Assembly: GCF_964188315.1 (NCBI RefSeq)
Contig: NC_135667.1
Coordinates: 11,780,001-11,844,000 of the forward strand
Direction of reading: 5' to 3'
From: Podarcis muralis
Lineage: Eukaryota
Length of the DNA: 64,000 bases
A program made the translations under genes and the position numbers. Positions 23,996-36,700 of the stretch are shown piece by piece (the first letter of the stretch is position 1; every line of letters begins with the position of its first letter). The notes under the pieces are model-generated. The model was given only the letters and a program-made list of their open reading frames with translations, had not been told where the DNA came from and did not search any database.

Positions 23996-26900
23996 CTAAA
24001 AGTGGAACAAATACCAAATTTAAAACTGATTTGTTTTCTTGAATAAGATACCCCTTTCAAACAGTTCCATATAACTCAATACTTGCAGCCACAAAAGACC
24101 CTAACCATATCAGACACTATATATTCTTTATTAAGCTGTATGATGGGAATTTAGAGCAGTGTGTAGAACATAACAGGTATTCCAAGTATATTTTCCCCAT
24201 GGCTTTTAAAATGTTAACATGTTGAGTGCCTTATTCCCCCCCCCCACACACACTTCATTCTATGTCTGTGTGATATTAGAATTTGCTGGCTTTAAATTGT
24301 CCAAACTGCTGTTCATCTTATTTTATGCTTATTTTATGAGTTTAGGATATTTTTTGTTAAACAAATTGCATTTTTTCCAGAGGGGATTTTAAAATTGACA
24401 GTGAATGTATTGATTACCTTGAAAAGGCTCACCTCTTCCCTCCAATACTAAACGTTATGTTTATCAGTCTGGAAGTGAAACAACAAAACCTGAAACTGAG
24501 GGTTGTATCCAGTGCTAGTCCTATGCAGAGTAGATGTATTGAAATTAATGCACATGACTACATTATGTTCATAAACTTCTTTAAGTGGATCTACTCTGAG
24601 TAAGATTTGGTTGGATACAGCCCTAAAGCAGTAGTTTTCCACAATATGCTAATCCCCACAGATATGCATAAATTTATTTATTTGTAAATTAAAAGCAAAA
24701 TTCTAAACAACAAAAAAAATTGAAAAAAATAACCTGATGAGGCTCTGTGGACCTCATGATAGCATTTATAAGAAAGATAGATGGTGACACATCTGAAGAA
24801 AAAAGAAGGAAGGGAGGGAGAAAGAGCTCTACTTGAGCCTCTCACACTGAATAGTATCTTGGAGGCAGTGATGCACCAATATTCATATGGTGTGAGGTTA
24901 AAAACCTCTACTCCCTATTCAGTATCAAGAGACTTCACAAGGGAAGAAAGGAGAAAATGTGCATTTTGCCTTTCTTGATCTCCAGAACCTGCATCACTTG
25001 TGCTTCACATAAAAGCATAGGAAGGTTTCCAGGAGATGGGAGGGAAAGCTGTGTTCCCCCATTTCTCATAATAAAGGTAAAGGGACCCCTGACCATTAGG
25101 TCCAGTCATGGCCGACTCTGGGGTTGCGGCGCTCATCTCGCTTTATTGGCTGAGGGAGCCGGCGTACAGCTTCCGGGTCATGTGGCCAGCATGACTAAGC
25201 CACTTCTGGCAAACCAGAGCAGCACATGGAAATGCCATTTACCTTCCTGCCGGAGCTGTACCTATTTATCTACTTGCACTTTGATGTGCTTTCGAACTGC
25301 TAGGTTGGCAGGAGCAGGGACCGAGCAATGGGAGCTCACCCCATCGTGGGGATTCAAACCGCCGACCTTCTGATCGGCAAGTCCTAGGCACTGTGGTTTA
25401 ACCCACAGCGCCACCCGCATCCCCATTTCTCATAATAGAAACCCAATAAAACAATTACAAGACTCAGTGGTTGAGCCATGATCAGGAGCACGCTGGGGGT
25501 ATTCTATACAGATTGCCTTTCTTTTTTATCCAACTGACCGAGCAAAACCATTTAAGATAATTGGAGAATGCGTGATAAACACATTATTTCATTTCTACTT
25601 CAGACAGCTACCAAGGAGGCAAAAAGATCATCAAAGACAGGCATTGGTATATCTTTCAGATTATACAACTTGTCACAAATCACACACAATTGACTATTTG
25701 ATCAAATCCATATTTCTTAATAATAAATCTCCTACCCTGCTGGTCTGAAATCTTCCCTTCCGGACACGAAGTGCAATCATAGCAACAAAATTTCTCCCCC
25801 TCTTTCTTTTTCTTGCTGGTACCAGGAGGACATTTTTCATTACACTGGGAGAAGGGACGTACCTGTTATTGAAGAAAGGAAAATGTTACCTTCAGTTGCA
25901 TAGACCTCATGGATCTATTCCAGTGAATATAGAAGGCTTAGAGTAAGGTCCATCACTTCACTGCTGTCAGCCATCCAGCTTTAAAGTACTGGTGAAATAC
26001 CCTTTCTCAATTAAATTATTATGTCTTAGATGGCTATTACCCTATATCAGTTTTATGGAAACTGAGACAGACTCACCCAATAAGAAGAAGAATAGATTTA
26101 TTACGGCCACAGACCAGAAATACAGAAATATACAACAATTAAAAAAAACATATAAATAGGTTAAAATTAAAATCTATAAGCTAAAACACGATAAGTAATG
26201 CAGATATAAAACAATTAAAATATACAGGTTAAAGCCTTTAACCACTAATTTAAAATGTGCGCGTTAGGACATTGGCCACCATATTCATTCAGAGCTTGTC
26301 TCCTTAGTTTTATAGCAGAAACACAGAATTTAGTCACTTTCACTGTCCTCTATTAGCTATTTTAACTAGTGGTCATCAGATCTGCTTGGGATTCGCTGGA
26401 TGATTGGGGTGATAAATATAGAATGGATGTCCCTATAAAAATGGCAATATTGTAGGATGTGAGTAAGTGTTTCAACTTCCTTCAAACTGTATGGGCATAT
26501 TCACTCTGAGTATGGTTTATAAAATAATAAAACAACAACAAAGTCATAAGCTTTGTTTTAGAAAGAAAAGCTTAATTGACACCACAGTATGTAGGCTCAT
26601 TAGCTGCAAAAGTTAATCATGTAATGCATGAAGAATGACTTGTTATTTTTATGTTCAATATAATGTCTCCCAGGCTCCTTAAATGATCATGAACATTGGC
26701 ATTGGGGGAAAAAAAATCAGTCCCTCTGTTGGCTATTCAGAGTGGAGATATGGCATGTAAATGTAAGCTGGTGCAGGAAATAAGAGTGAGATATTATCAT
26801 ACTGTTGCTAGCATGGGAAAAGAAGGAGAATCAGGAGGAGGAGGAGGAGAAGGAAGAGAAATAGGATTAAGTCACTTTCAACCTGACTGAAGTTTTGATG

Positions 26901-29900
26901 CCACTCAATCCTCGCGTCATCAATGGTGAGGTTTATGCCAGATGATACCTGTGGCTCCAACCTTCCCACTTTGACTCTGACATAGGAATTATTTGGGAAT
27001 GTGATCAAGTTTGTAATATCAAACCCGGCTGCTAACTCTCCATGTTCATTGAACTTAAATTCATCACCAATACTGTTGTTGAAAGAGATCCTCTGAATTA
27101 AAGAGAAAATCTAGATGGAAAGAAAAGGAGAATCAAGGAACTGAGAACATAGAAAGACCCTGAGTCATCAGACCAATGTTTCTTCTGCTCCAGGATCTTG
27201 TTCTCACAGGAGTAAACCAGATGCCAATGCCAAGCTGAAACAGGACTTCGGCACAGCAGCCGTCTCCCCATTTGTGATGCCCAGCAACTGACTTTGAGAG
27301 ACAACAGTTCTTTTATTTTTAAAGCACTTTAAAAAAACAACAACAACAAACCTTTGCACCATCTTCTTGCAACTGCTACCACTACTAGCACTCCCACAGC
27401 CACGAGAGCCTCATAGGAAGACATTATACATATGAGAGTGCCCTCCAATGAGATTTCTAAGAAGTGTGGCCTGAACACACACCACACATAATGGTTTTTT
27501 TTTGAAAACAGCAAGCAGAGACACACCCCAAATATTATATTGTATCCCAGTGAAGATGGATCAGACACCATTTTCCCCTTTTAACATTGAGAGTCAATAA
27601 GAAGACATTACCTGCCAAGGTTCCACCCTTTGAGGGGCCAATCGTCTCCCATCCTCCTTTGCTCTTCTACTGAATCTTGATGAGTATGTAATATGTAAGG
27701 CATGTGCCAGAGCATAGACCGCATTATAGATACTGTAGCTGTGGCCAGTCATGCTCATGTCAAAATAAGTTGCAGGAAGGCTGTCTAATCTCTCCTCCCC
27801 AGTACAGAGATCATCAACATAGTCTGTCGAAACAGAACAGCTAAATGCATTCTCCCAGGTATCCTTAATAAAACCATCTCCCTTTGCCTTCAAAGGGTTG
27901 ATAGTCTGAAGAAATTCTTGGAAGCCTTGAACCTTCTTTGAGTGAATTGCGAAGGAGATGGCACCATGGAGCGTTTGCATTTTAAAATCCCTTTGAACTA
28001 TATGCAATGTGACATCCATTTGAGCTGTCATAATCCACACTCTCGCTATAGAACTTAACTCATAATCAGCAGCTGTTATAGGAAATAGTGTTTTTACAAA
28101 TATAATACCTGTCACCCATGCAATGGATGCGGTTTCTCCATATAAAACAATTACGTTGGCTGTGCTCCTCATGAAATCTGGCACAATGTTGAGAAAGAGA
28201 GTCACTATTTCCTCCATGCCGATGAAATGCACATTTTTTGGAAAAGTTTCCTGGAATGCTAAACAGATTCCGCTCTGAGAAAGCATGGTCTCAAAGACCT
28301 TTGAGAAATGCTCTCCAGCTTCAGTGTCCATTGTCATGAGCCCTACCCAGGTCCATCCAAAATGCACAAGTAACTGGACAAATCCCTCATACTGTAGGAT
28401 TTCATTGGGGACCATGCGGTAAAAAGCTGGGCAATTGCTTTGATCATTCGCAGCTGGTTCAAAGGAGCCATAAGAAAACTAAATGAACAAATGCATATAA
28501 ATTTACAGACATTTCAGAGAAAGGGGTGGGAGGCTGTCATAGTTTGGAAGGGTTGGAAAAACTGCAGCTCGGTGATAAATCAGATACACTGCACAAAAAA
28601 TGTGCTACATACAGCCACTGGCTTGTTTGTTAAAGATGATGTGCAAGATCTCTAACAAGATGATGTGCAAGATAAAGCCACTTTTGGGTGCAGTAAACTA
28701 TATTGAGTTGGATGAACAACTTGTCTCAGCTGGAAGAAGGCAGCTGTTTATGTTCTGGGTAAATAAATTGAACATTTGACAGCTTCATCCCCTGAAGCTG
28801 TCGTACTTTATGAAACAGTTTCTGAAATTAACTACAGTGGTAGTAGTAGTAGTAGTAGTAGTATACCCCATAATTTTTCCCTGATGGGACTCAAGGCGGC
28901 TTACAGATAAAAACAAGAATGACTACAAACACGGGGGAGGGGGGGTCATTAAAAACAATGTAACATTAATAGAATAAAAACCATACATATAATCAGTTTA
29001 AGACATATAAATAATTACAACAAAAACAGCACAACACAAGCTCTTTCATTAAAAGCAGTCAGTTCCCCAAACCTGTCTTCAACTGCTGGCAGAAGGACAA
29101 TAAGGAGGGACACATTCTAGCTTCTCCAAAGAGGGAGTTCCAGATGGTGCTTTATGGCTTTGGAAACCCCAATATTACCCTGGTGCAGATTCACATATTT
29201 GTTGTTGTTATCCTTCACCCTCTTTAAAAATTATTAAATTGCAGAAGGAAAGCAGAATGAGCAAGCAGCAGTAAATTATATGTTGGTTATGGAAATTTTC
29301 CATAACGAACACCAGCATATCCTACCTGTGGGATCTTGTAAAGACCTAAGATGTCTGCCATTCGTGTGGAGGTGTCAGATTCAAGTCCTCCAATGACTCC
29401 TATTAGATTTTTGGGGATGCCACATTGATAGTTAGGGAAAAAACTATGTGATTTGCAGACCATGTCCAGAGTAGTACGGTACGTTATCCTTGAATTGGAG
29501 CAGCTGTCGTAGATGTGAAACCCAAGAGTGACATTGGGCAAGAGTTTTGGATTTCCCATGATCTCATTAATGGCAAACACTGAGGCCATGATATGCTGGT
29601 AGAACTTTATACATACACTGCAAATAAAGCAACTAGTTCAAGAGGTTGCTGGTGTTGTCACAAAACAGAGAAAAATACTATGTTGGGCATTGGACCCACA
29701 GAATAAGCAACAATGTTGGGATATTAATGCTAAGGGATTTTGTCACCAAGGCAGATAAACCTATGCACTTGTCAGGGGATTAAACTGATTAATAACATAA
29801 AAAACACAAAGAGAACAAAACTCAAAGTGAGACAAAATGACTGACAGAGGCAAAAGCCAATGTTGGCCGGGGGCGGGGGAATACATTAATATCTAAGTTA

Positions 29901-30734
29901 TGAGTAAATACAATGCTATATGTTCAAATAACTTGAACTAAGAAGCCCATTCAATAGCACATTACTTCCTGAATGACTGCAGATCTGTTTAACTCTTTTT
30001 CAGGTACTGATGATTTTGCCAGAAATATATCAAACAAACAAATAAATATTCAAGAGGAAATTTATAGGTAATAGCTAGCTTATGCAGAAAAAAGTATGAA
30101 ATGCAACAAAGAAAACAATTACATTTGATTTTAAAACTGAAGGCATGACTTAGTAGAATCCAATGTTACCTGATTTCCACACGGACCAGCATGTTAAATC
30201 TGAGAAATAAAATGGATAACTGCAACCTACACCTTCCTTAACCCATTTCCATATGAAAATGATGAAAATATGTATAGACCAGCAATGTAACTAGAGTGCA
30301 ATCAGACCACAAAACATGATTGAGTCAATATGTGCATTTTGCCTTTCATTTCAAACAATATTCACATCCATCCATTCATATATGAGATTCTCCCTCCCCA
30401 AAACTCAAAGCAGTTTGCCAACTTATATGCATATAGGATCTCTCTGTCTAAAGCAAACAGACAAACAAAGTAAAGCAAGCAGCTTTCATGGGAATGCATT
30501 TAAAATTAAAATGGATTCTTACATTGGAAAGTTAACCAGCTCCAATGAAGGGTCTCTGTCAAATAAAATATTGGGGAAAATGTAATGCATCTGAGATACG
30601 ATCATACCAATTACAAACTCGTTTGGCTGGTACCACTCATGGGGGATTGAGAGGGGGTCTGTCAGGGGACAATTCATAGGGTGCACTGTGCACACCAGGT
30701 GAGGAAGCAAGAAGAGCAGCAGTATCAACAACAT
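23094..30734 (-). CDS. V2R gene C, complete 6-exon gene, 875 aa
   Basis: Exons 30734-30523, 29617-29326, 28478-27612, 27110-26883, 25862-25736, 23995-23094 total 2628 nt in frame, all GT-AG. Confidence 0.95.
25074..25423 (-). mobile_element. Sauria SINE with long TSD
   Basis: TSD CATTTCTCATAATA on both sides. Confidence 0.92.
25736..25862 (-). CDS. V2R gene C exon 5
   Basis: 127 bp; [14 protein letters not shown]...[12 protein letters not shown]. Confidence 0.94.
26085..26480 (-). mobile_element. Non-LTR retrotransposon 3' end (RTE-X-like)
   Basis: [17 protein letters not shown]-terminal motif; GGTCTGTGGCCGTAATAAA plus (TTC)n tail. Confidence 0.55.
26883..27110 (-). CDS. V2R gene C exon 4
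   Basis: 228 bp; [25 protein letters not shown]. Confidence 0.94.
27612..28478 (-). CDS. V2R gene C exon 3
   Basis: 867 bp; FSYGSF...FYRMVPNE...[12 protein letters not shown]. Confidence 0.95.
28862..29150 (-). mobile_element. L2 3' end fragment
   Basis: TGTAAGCCGCCTTGAGTCCC-type L2 terminus with a simple-repeat tail. Confidence 0.6.
29326..29617 (-). CDS. V2R gene C exon 2
   Basis: 292 bp; [16 protein letters not shown]...LYKIPQ. Confidence 0.95.
30523..30734 (-). CDS. V2R gene C exon 1
   Basis: [15 protein letters not shown]...[12 protein letters not shown]; phase-2 donor. Confidence 0.9.
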
Positions 30735-30947
30735 TGCAGCACCTCAATTTCCTGATGGCAAATTTCCCCTCTAAATATGCATTTTTCCTGGTCCCTCTAT
30801 GCTGTCGCTATCTGCAAGAGCAAATCTGTTTAAGCAAAATGGTGCAGATTTAATGCGATTCCACCAAAACAGTTCTTATACACCTTTCTCTTAGCCTCAG
30901 CTGTGCTATAAAATTTTGCCTTGAATGCTAGATGAAAGGTGATACTC

Positions 30948-31005
30948 ATTTGAAGCCTGACTTATACATAGAAAAAGGGAGAAATACAGAGAATGACAGA
31001 GCCCT
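30948..31005 (-). promoter_or_regulatory. Candidate V2R promoter block upstream of gene C
   Basis: AGGGCTCTGTCATT...ATTTCTCCCTTT...TGTATAAGTCA...TTCAAAT. Confidence 0.55.
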
Positions 31006-32130
31006 GCCTGCTTTTAGATAATCTTAGCTGCCAATAGAACACTGTGGTATTTATGAACATGTAATACTTGTTTTTTCCTGTTGCAATCAGGGAAGCCATT
31101 GGGGGTTTGTCCAGGTGATTCAATCATAATAGTATGGATAATTGTAGGGGAAGGATAACCATTTCTGCAATGATTCTGGGCTCTCTGAGGTTTCATGAGA
31201 ACCAGAACTGCTGATGAAAACCAATTTGAAATACGTCACCTTATTTCAAAGCTCATTGCAACATAGTAGCTGTCATAGATATGAAAGCCAAGAGAACTAC
31301 TTTTTAAAAATCTTTATTTGCTGTCCCTCAAGATAATCTGCTACTCTCTAAAGGGATAAGAATGTTGTCATGTCTGTTGAAACCTTTGTTTATCCCTCAT
31401 TAGACTGCTGTTCAATGACACATTGTTATTTGAATATTTCCCAAATGCGCACAAGATATTTTGAGGGGGAAAGTGTCTCAGTGTAGAGACTCAGCTGCCC
31501 TGTATGTGTTCTACAAGTGTCACTGTCCACACATAGGGAATTGAGGGGCTACAATATTTATTCCTTAATTGCATAAAGGTGAATTTATAGCATGGCTGAA
31601 TCTTGTGGTGAAAGTTCATTGGTTAGTTTTGTTGTTTCTATTAGCAAGGCAAGAAGATGGCCCCAAAGACGGGAATGGGAGAAGTTTAGGTTTTCTTCTG
31701 TTTGGGTTAAGCAGCTGGTATATACCTCTGTAAATTTTATGGGGTCTTCCAGGGGCATCCCCTAGTATCTGTTTTTATCTGTGCCTAGATTGCACATAGA
31801 TGCCATTACATACATTTATGGAAAATATGCTACAACCTCTACATAATTGGTCTTTTAAAAAAACAAAACTTAAAACAACAGCAACAAATCTTTCAATCAT
31901 CTCTAGACCATGTAAAAATGAATAGAGATTGAGCCTAAATTAGTTATTAAGTAAGTAGGCAATCATTCCAAAGAATTTTATTTGATTGGGATCTGAGAGG
32001 AGCTAGGTGAGATCTTTACCAAAGGCCACACTTTCCACAGTGCTAAAGCTACCAACATTCACTTCAGAGGAAACACAAAAAGGTGGCAAAACAAATAGGA
32101 TTGATAATTTAATATTTTATCCCCCCCCCC

Positions 32131-32312
32131 TTATTAGTTGGTGCATTTTATTCAGATCATACCTCAGCACAACAAGAAAGCATTTGGATGAAAAGTTGTA
32201 ATCCAGAAAGCAAGCACTGGAGGCAAAGATGAAGATCTCCATGGCCACTATGTACGCATTTTCTCTGGAGCACGATTGTCACAAACACAGAAAAAGACCA
32301 ACATGCAGAAAC
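32131..32312 (-). pseudogene. Decayed V2R exon-6 relic (TM6-TM7-C-tail)
   Basis: Minus-strand reading gives SFCMLVFFCV then, after an indel, YIVAMEIFIFASSACFLDYNFSSKCFLVVLRYDLNKMHQLI; the intact paralog reads [42 protein letters not shown]. Confidence 0.8.
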
Positions 32313-32816
32313 TGAGACCCAGTGATCCTTCAGATGTTATTAAATTCCCACTTCCATCATCTTTGAATTTTGGTTATGTTGGCTAAGCCTGATGGGAGTC
32401 CAACAATATCTAGAGAGCAGCCAAGTTCCCCATGTTTCTCCTAGATAATGACTGCAAATCCAAATTGAGCAATGAGGGCAATGTGTTTAACTTAACAGCA
32501 CAAATATTGGATGGGAAAAAGTATTATGACAATAAAAGAAATTGAGCCCGTCTTTATTGGTTATAGATTGTGAAAGCAATCATAAAGGCATTGCACAAAA
32601 CAAAAGAGACAGCAGTGAAGACAATAATGCGAAAATCTGCTTTTTCAAAGGAGGGCCTGTAACCTTTTAGTCTGTTCAACAAACATAAGGAGAAGAGGCG
32701 TTTGCTCCTGAGCAGGAACAAAATATATAGCAGACTGTATCAAACTAATATATAGCAGATTGCATCAAACCAATTACTCTGATTAGGACTAGCTCTGGAT
32801 AGAACCTATTTTATTT

Positions 32817-33718
32817 TTATTGCTTCCTTCTAATTAGCTGTTCCTTTTTGTTCAGTTCTGGCCTCAATATAATAATATAACATTTGGGGGAAAATATGCA
32901 ACCTAGTAACCCAGCACTAGAAGCCAAGATGGAGAAGATCTCAACAGCCACCATGTATTTTCCTTTTGTGCTCAAGTAGGTTGGCACAAAGGACAGCCAA
33001 ACACTGCAAAAAACCAACATGCTGAAGGTGATGAACTTGGCTTCATTAAAACTGTCTGGCAACCTCCTTGCCAGGAAAGCCATGGTGAAGCTGATGGTTG
33101 CCATAATTCCCATGTACCCCAGGACACAGTAGAACATGAAAAGTGACCCTTCATTACATTCCACAATGATTTCTCCAGTTAGTGAGTTCATGTCCAAATC
33201 TGGGAATGGGGGGAAGGTACACAACCAAATAACACAAATGACAAACTGAGGGAGAGAGCAAGCCAAGACAAGAGAATATGCCAATCTTTTCCCCACCCAT
33301 TTCCGGAAAATGTTTCCTGGCTGGGAGGCCATAAAAGCCACAATCACTGTAATGGTTTTGGCCAAAACAGAAGAAATAGCAATGGAAAAGATGATGCCAA
33401 AAGCTGTTTGTCGCAGGAGACAGGTCCCCTTCTGAGGCTTTCCAATGAAGAGCAAAGCAGAGAGGAAACAAAGAAGGAGAGAAATGAGAAGAAAGTAGGT
33501 GAGGCTCCGGTTGTTGGCTTTGACGATGGGAGTGTCCCTTTGCTTAATGAAGATTCCAAGTACCATAGCTGTCATCAGAGAAGAAAGAATAGCCAAAGAA
33601 ACTAGAGTAATGCCCAAAGGTTCATCAAAAGTGAGGAAGTTGTGCGTCTTGGGGATGCATTTATCTTGTCCCTTGTTTGGAATGTGATCTCCTGGGCAAT
33701 TGATACAATAATCCATGT
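32817..33718 (-). CDS. V2R gene D exon 6 (7TM)
   Basis: 902 bp; ORF 32817-33716. Confidence 0.96.
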
Positions 33719-36700
33719 CTAAAAGAAGAACATATGCTTCTTAAACACTCTTCTATTTTCAAGAACAATGAGCATCTTTCCTGGAATTCATCTTAATAAG
33801 TAGTTATTAGTAATTATTACCAAAACTCTGAACATGGGGCTACCGTCCATTCTATCCTCCTAACCTAATATGCTTATGTAAGGGTTTTGAGGTATTATAA
33901 ATATTGCCTTCTATTTGAAAAATCACATGATCTACCAAGAACAATTAATTATTTTAGGGATGGGTTGAAATGAAATGCGAAATACAATAGTGGTTGGCAG
34001 GACATCCAGGGAAATTGTCCAAAATCTTGGTTGTACTTCTTGCTCTATGTCGTTTTGTTCTTCAAAAATATATTATTAATTCTTTCACATCTTCTCACAC
34101 TTATCACACTTACAGGCTTCTTTGCATGGTAATATTGCTAGAAATGATATGTTTATGATGAATGACCTTTATCAGGAGAGAGACAGGGAAAGGTGACCCT
34201 GCTTCTCTAACTTGATCTCTCGGTGGCTTTCCATACCATTGTTTTGTGAATATAGATGAACAGAAGCCATGCTATATGGCAGTGGCTAATAGCTATATAG
34301 AGCTATTAAAGATAATAGCTATATAAGGCTTGGGCTGCAGCTTCGGGATGGAATCAGAATAAAGACACCTATCACACATAGTATGGAGTTCCTCTACACA
34401 GATTTACCCACGGGGATGGTTTTCATTTCTAAATGTAATCAGAGAACAAGTGTGTCATATCTTTGCTATAGTTTTGTTTCTGTATCTTTAATAAAGCTTC
34501 ATGTTCATTGCCACTACAGTGTATCACTGAATCTCTATAAAAGGAAACTCTCTTCTTTGCGAGACCTACAGTCTTGACCTATCTGAATTGGCCTAGAATG
34601 AGCCTTTCGTCACAAAACTTTAACCAATACATTTGGCTCAAGCAGGCAATCACTCGCAGTTAAGCCCTAAATTTCTCTTCCCTTGAACCACCTGCATTTA
34701 GTGAAACTCTGTTTTTGTAGCATTGCCCTTAACTACTCTGGTGAATGGGGCACGTAACTGAACTCTATCATCCAGGGGAGGACACGCTCAACAGCAGCAC
34801 CAGCAATTCCCCAATTATGGGATTGACTGGATTCCATTTGTCTTTGGAGGCAGACAATTCCTGCAGAGGGAGAAAGCCACAGTCTATCTAAGCCTTGTCA
34901 GTAACTTTGGTGTGGGTATGTGGAGGAACAATTGTAGGCATTAATAACGATACGGGATAGACATTCTGTCATCAATAATCACAGATTCAGCTGTCATTTC
35001 ATTATATCCATGTGTCTTTACAATGTCTAACCTACCTTTCTTGTTTGAGAACATCCCTTCTGGACATGGAGCGCAAATGTAGCAGCAAAATTTCTCCCCC
35101 TCGATCACTTTCCTGCTGTAACCAGGCAGGCAGTTCTCATTACATAAGGAGAAGGGAGGCACCTGGTTTTAAACAAAGGAGGAAATTAGCATTCAGAAAA
35201 TGTTTCAGAAATGTTGATTTAGATATTATCAACTATTACACGTCTGATGATATCCAACAATGATATCCAATCCACAATGTCCAATAAAGCCATTTCCCTT
35301 CCCCAGGGAAATGAAGTTGCGGACTGGTCATGAGCCCGCCCCGTGGGGGGGCAGGGCTGGCCCCTGCATCACAGGGAGTCCCTGGCTGCTTCACTCCTTG
35401 GGCCGACCAATCTGGTTGGCTGGGGGGGGGGCTTGGCTTATGCCATTTAAGCTGCTCACGGTGGGAACTTGGCCCCTTTTGGTTCACGCTCACACAGTTC
35501 TCCATCCCTCCCTCCCTCCCTATAGTTAGGCTCTTAATCCTTTGTTGAAGGGGCCTGGTAGGATTTTCTTCCACTTGGAAAACTGGCACCAGCCACTTGG
35601 TTTTTCACCTACCTTGTAGCAAATCGTCACAACTTTGTAAGGTTTGGCGGTTAGGCACTGGAGTATTCGGTTGGAGGTGAAGGGATGTAAATAATGAAAT
35701 TATAATAATAAAATATTTCAAAGGTCTTTTATAAAAAGACCAGAAGGCTTTCTTTTAGGAATAAATGAGTCAGATGTCCCCAGAGATCAAAGGAATCTGT
35801 TTCTCTATGCAACTGCAACAGCCCAAATGGTATATCTCCAGAAATGGAGGGAGCAGTGCCAATGAAGGAGGAGTGGCAGACAAAAATGATGGAATATGCA
35901 GAATTGGCATGCCTAACTAGCAGAATAAGAGATCAAGAGGAAAGGGTATTTCAGGGAGATTTGAAATGTGTAGAGAATATTTGAAGAACCATTGTAAACA
36001 AGTTAAAACATTAGCAGGATTAGAGTAAATTCAGCAGTAAAAATTATGCTGAGACAAAAGGAAAAAGGGGTAATCAGAAGGAACCATGGAAGGGGGGGGG
36101 AGGGAAGTCAATGTATAATTTAATATTATGCTTTGTATATGTGATTGTGTGTGTGAATTTTCTATGTGTGGTGAGAATTATCCACCACCCCCACCATCCC
36201 CAAACAGCGGCCCTCCAGATGTTTTGGACTACAATTCCCATCTTCCCTGACCATTGGTCCTGTTAGCTAGGGATCATGGGAGTTTAGACCAAAACATCTG
36301 GAGGGCCGCAGGTTGGGGATGCCTGATTTAGCTAAACAACTGTAGAGATAAAAAAACCCAAGCACAGCATAATGGGCATTATCCCTTTTCTTAGTAAGCA
36401 GGGTAGATTACAACAATTTAAAACTGATTTCAGCCACATAGATAGGGTGCGTTCTGAAAAAAAATGACCCGGCTACTGCCTTTTATACCAGATGAAGTTT
36501 CCAAGTCATCTTCAAGGGCAGCTGCACGTAGAATGCACTGCAATGATTCCATATGGAAATCAGCAGGTCATGAAATACCATGGCCAAGTCATCTCTATCC
36601 CAAAGGGGCCTTAGCTGGTGAACCAGATGAAACTAGAAATAGGCACTCCTATGCACTAAGGCCACTAGGGCCACAACTGACAATGTTGTATCTGGGGCTA

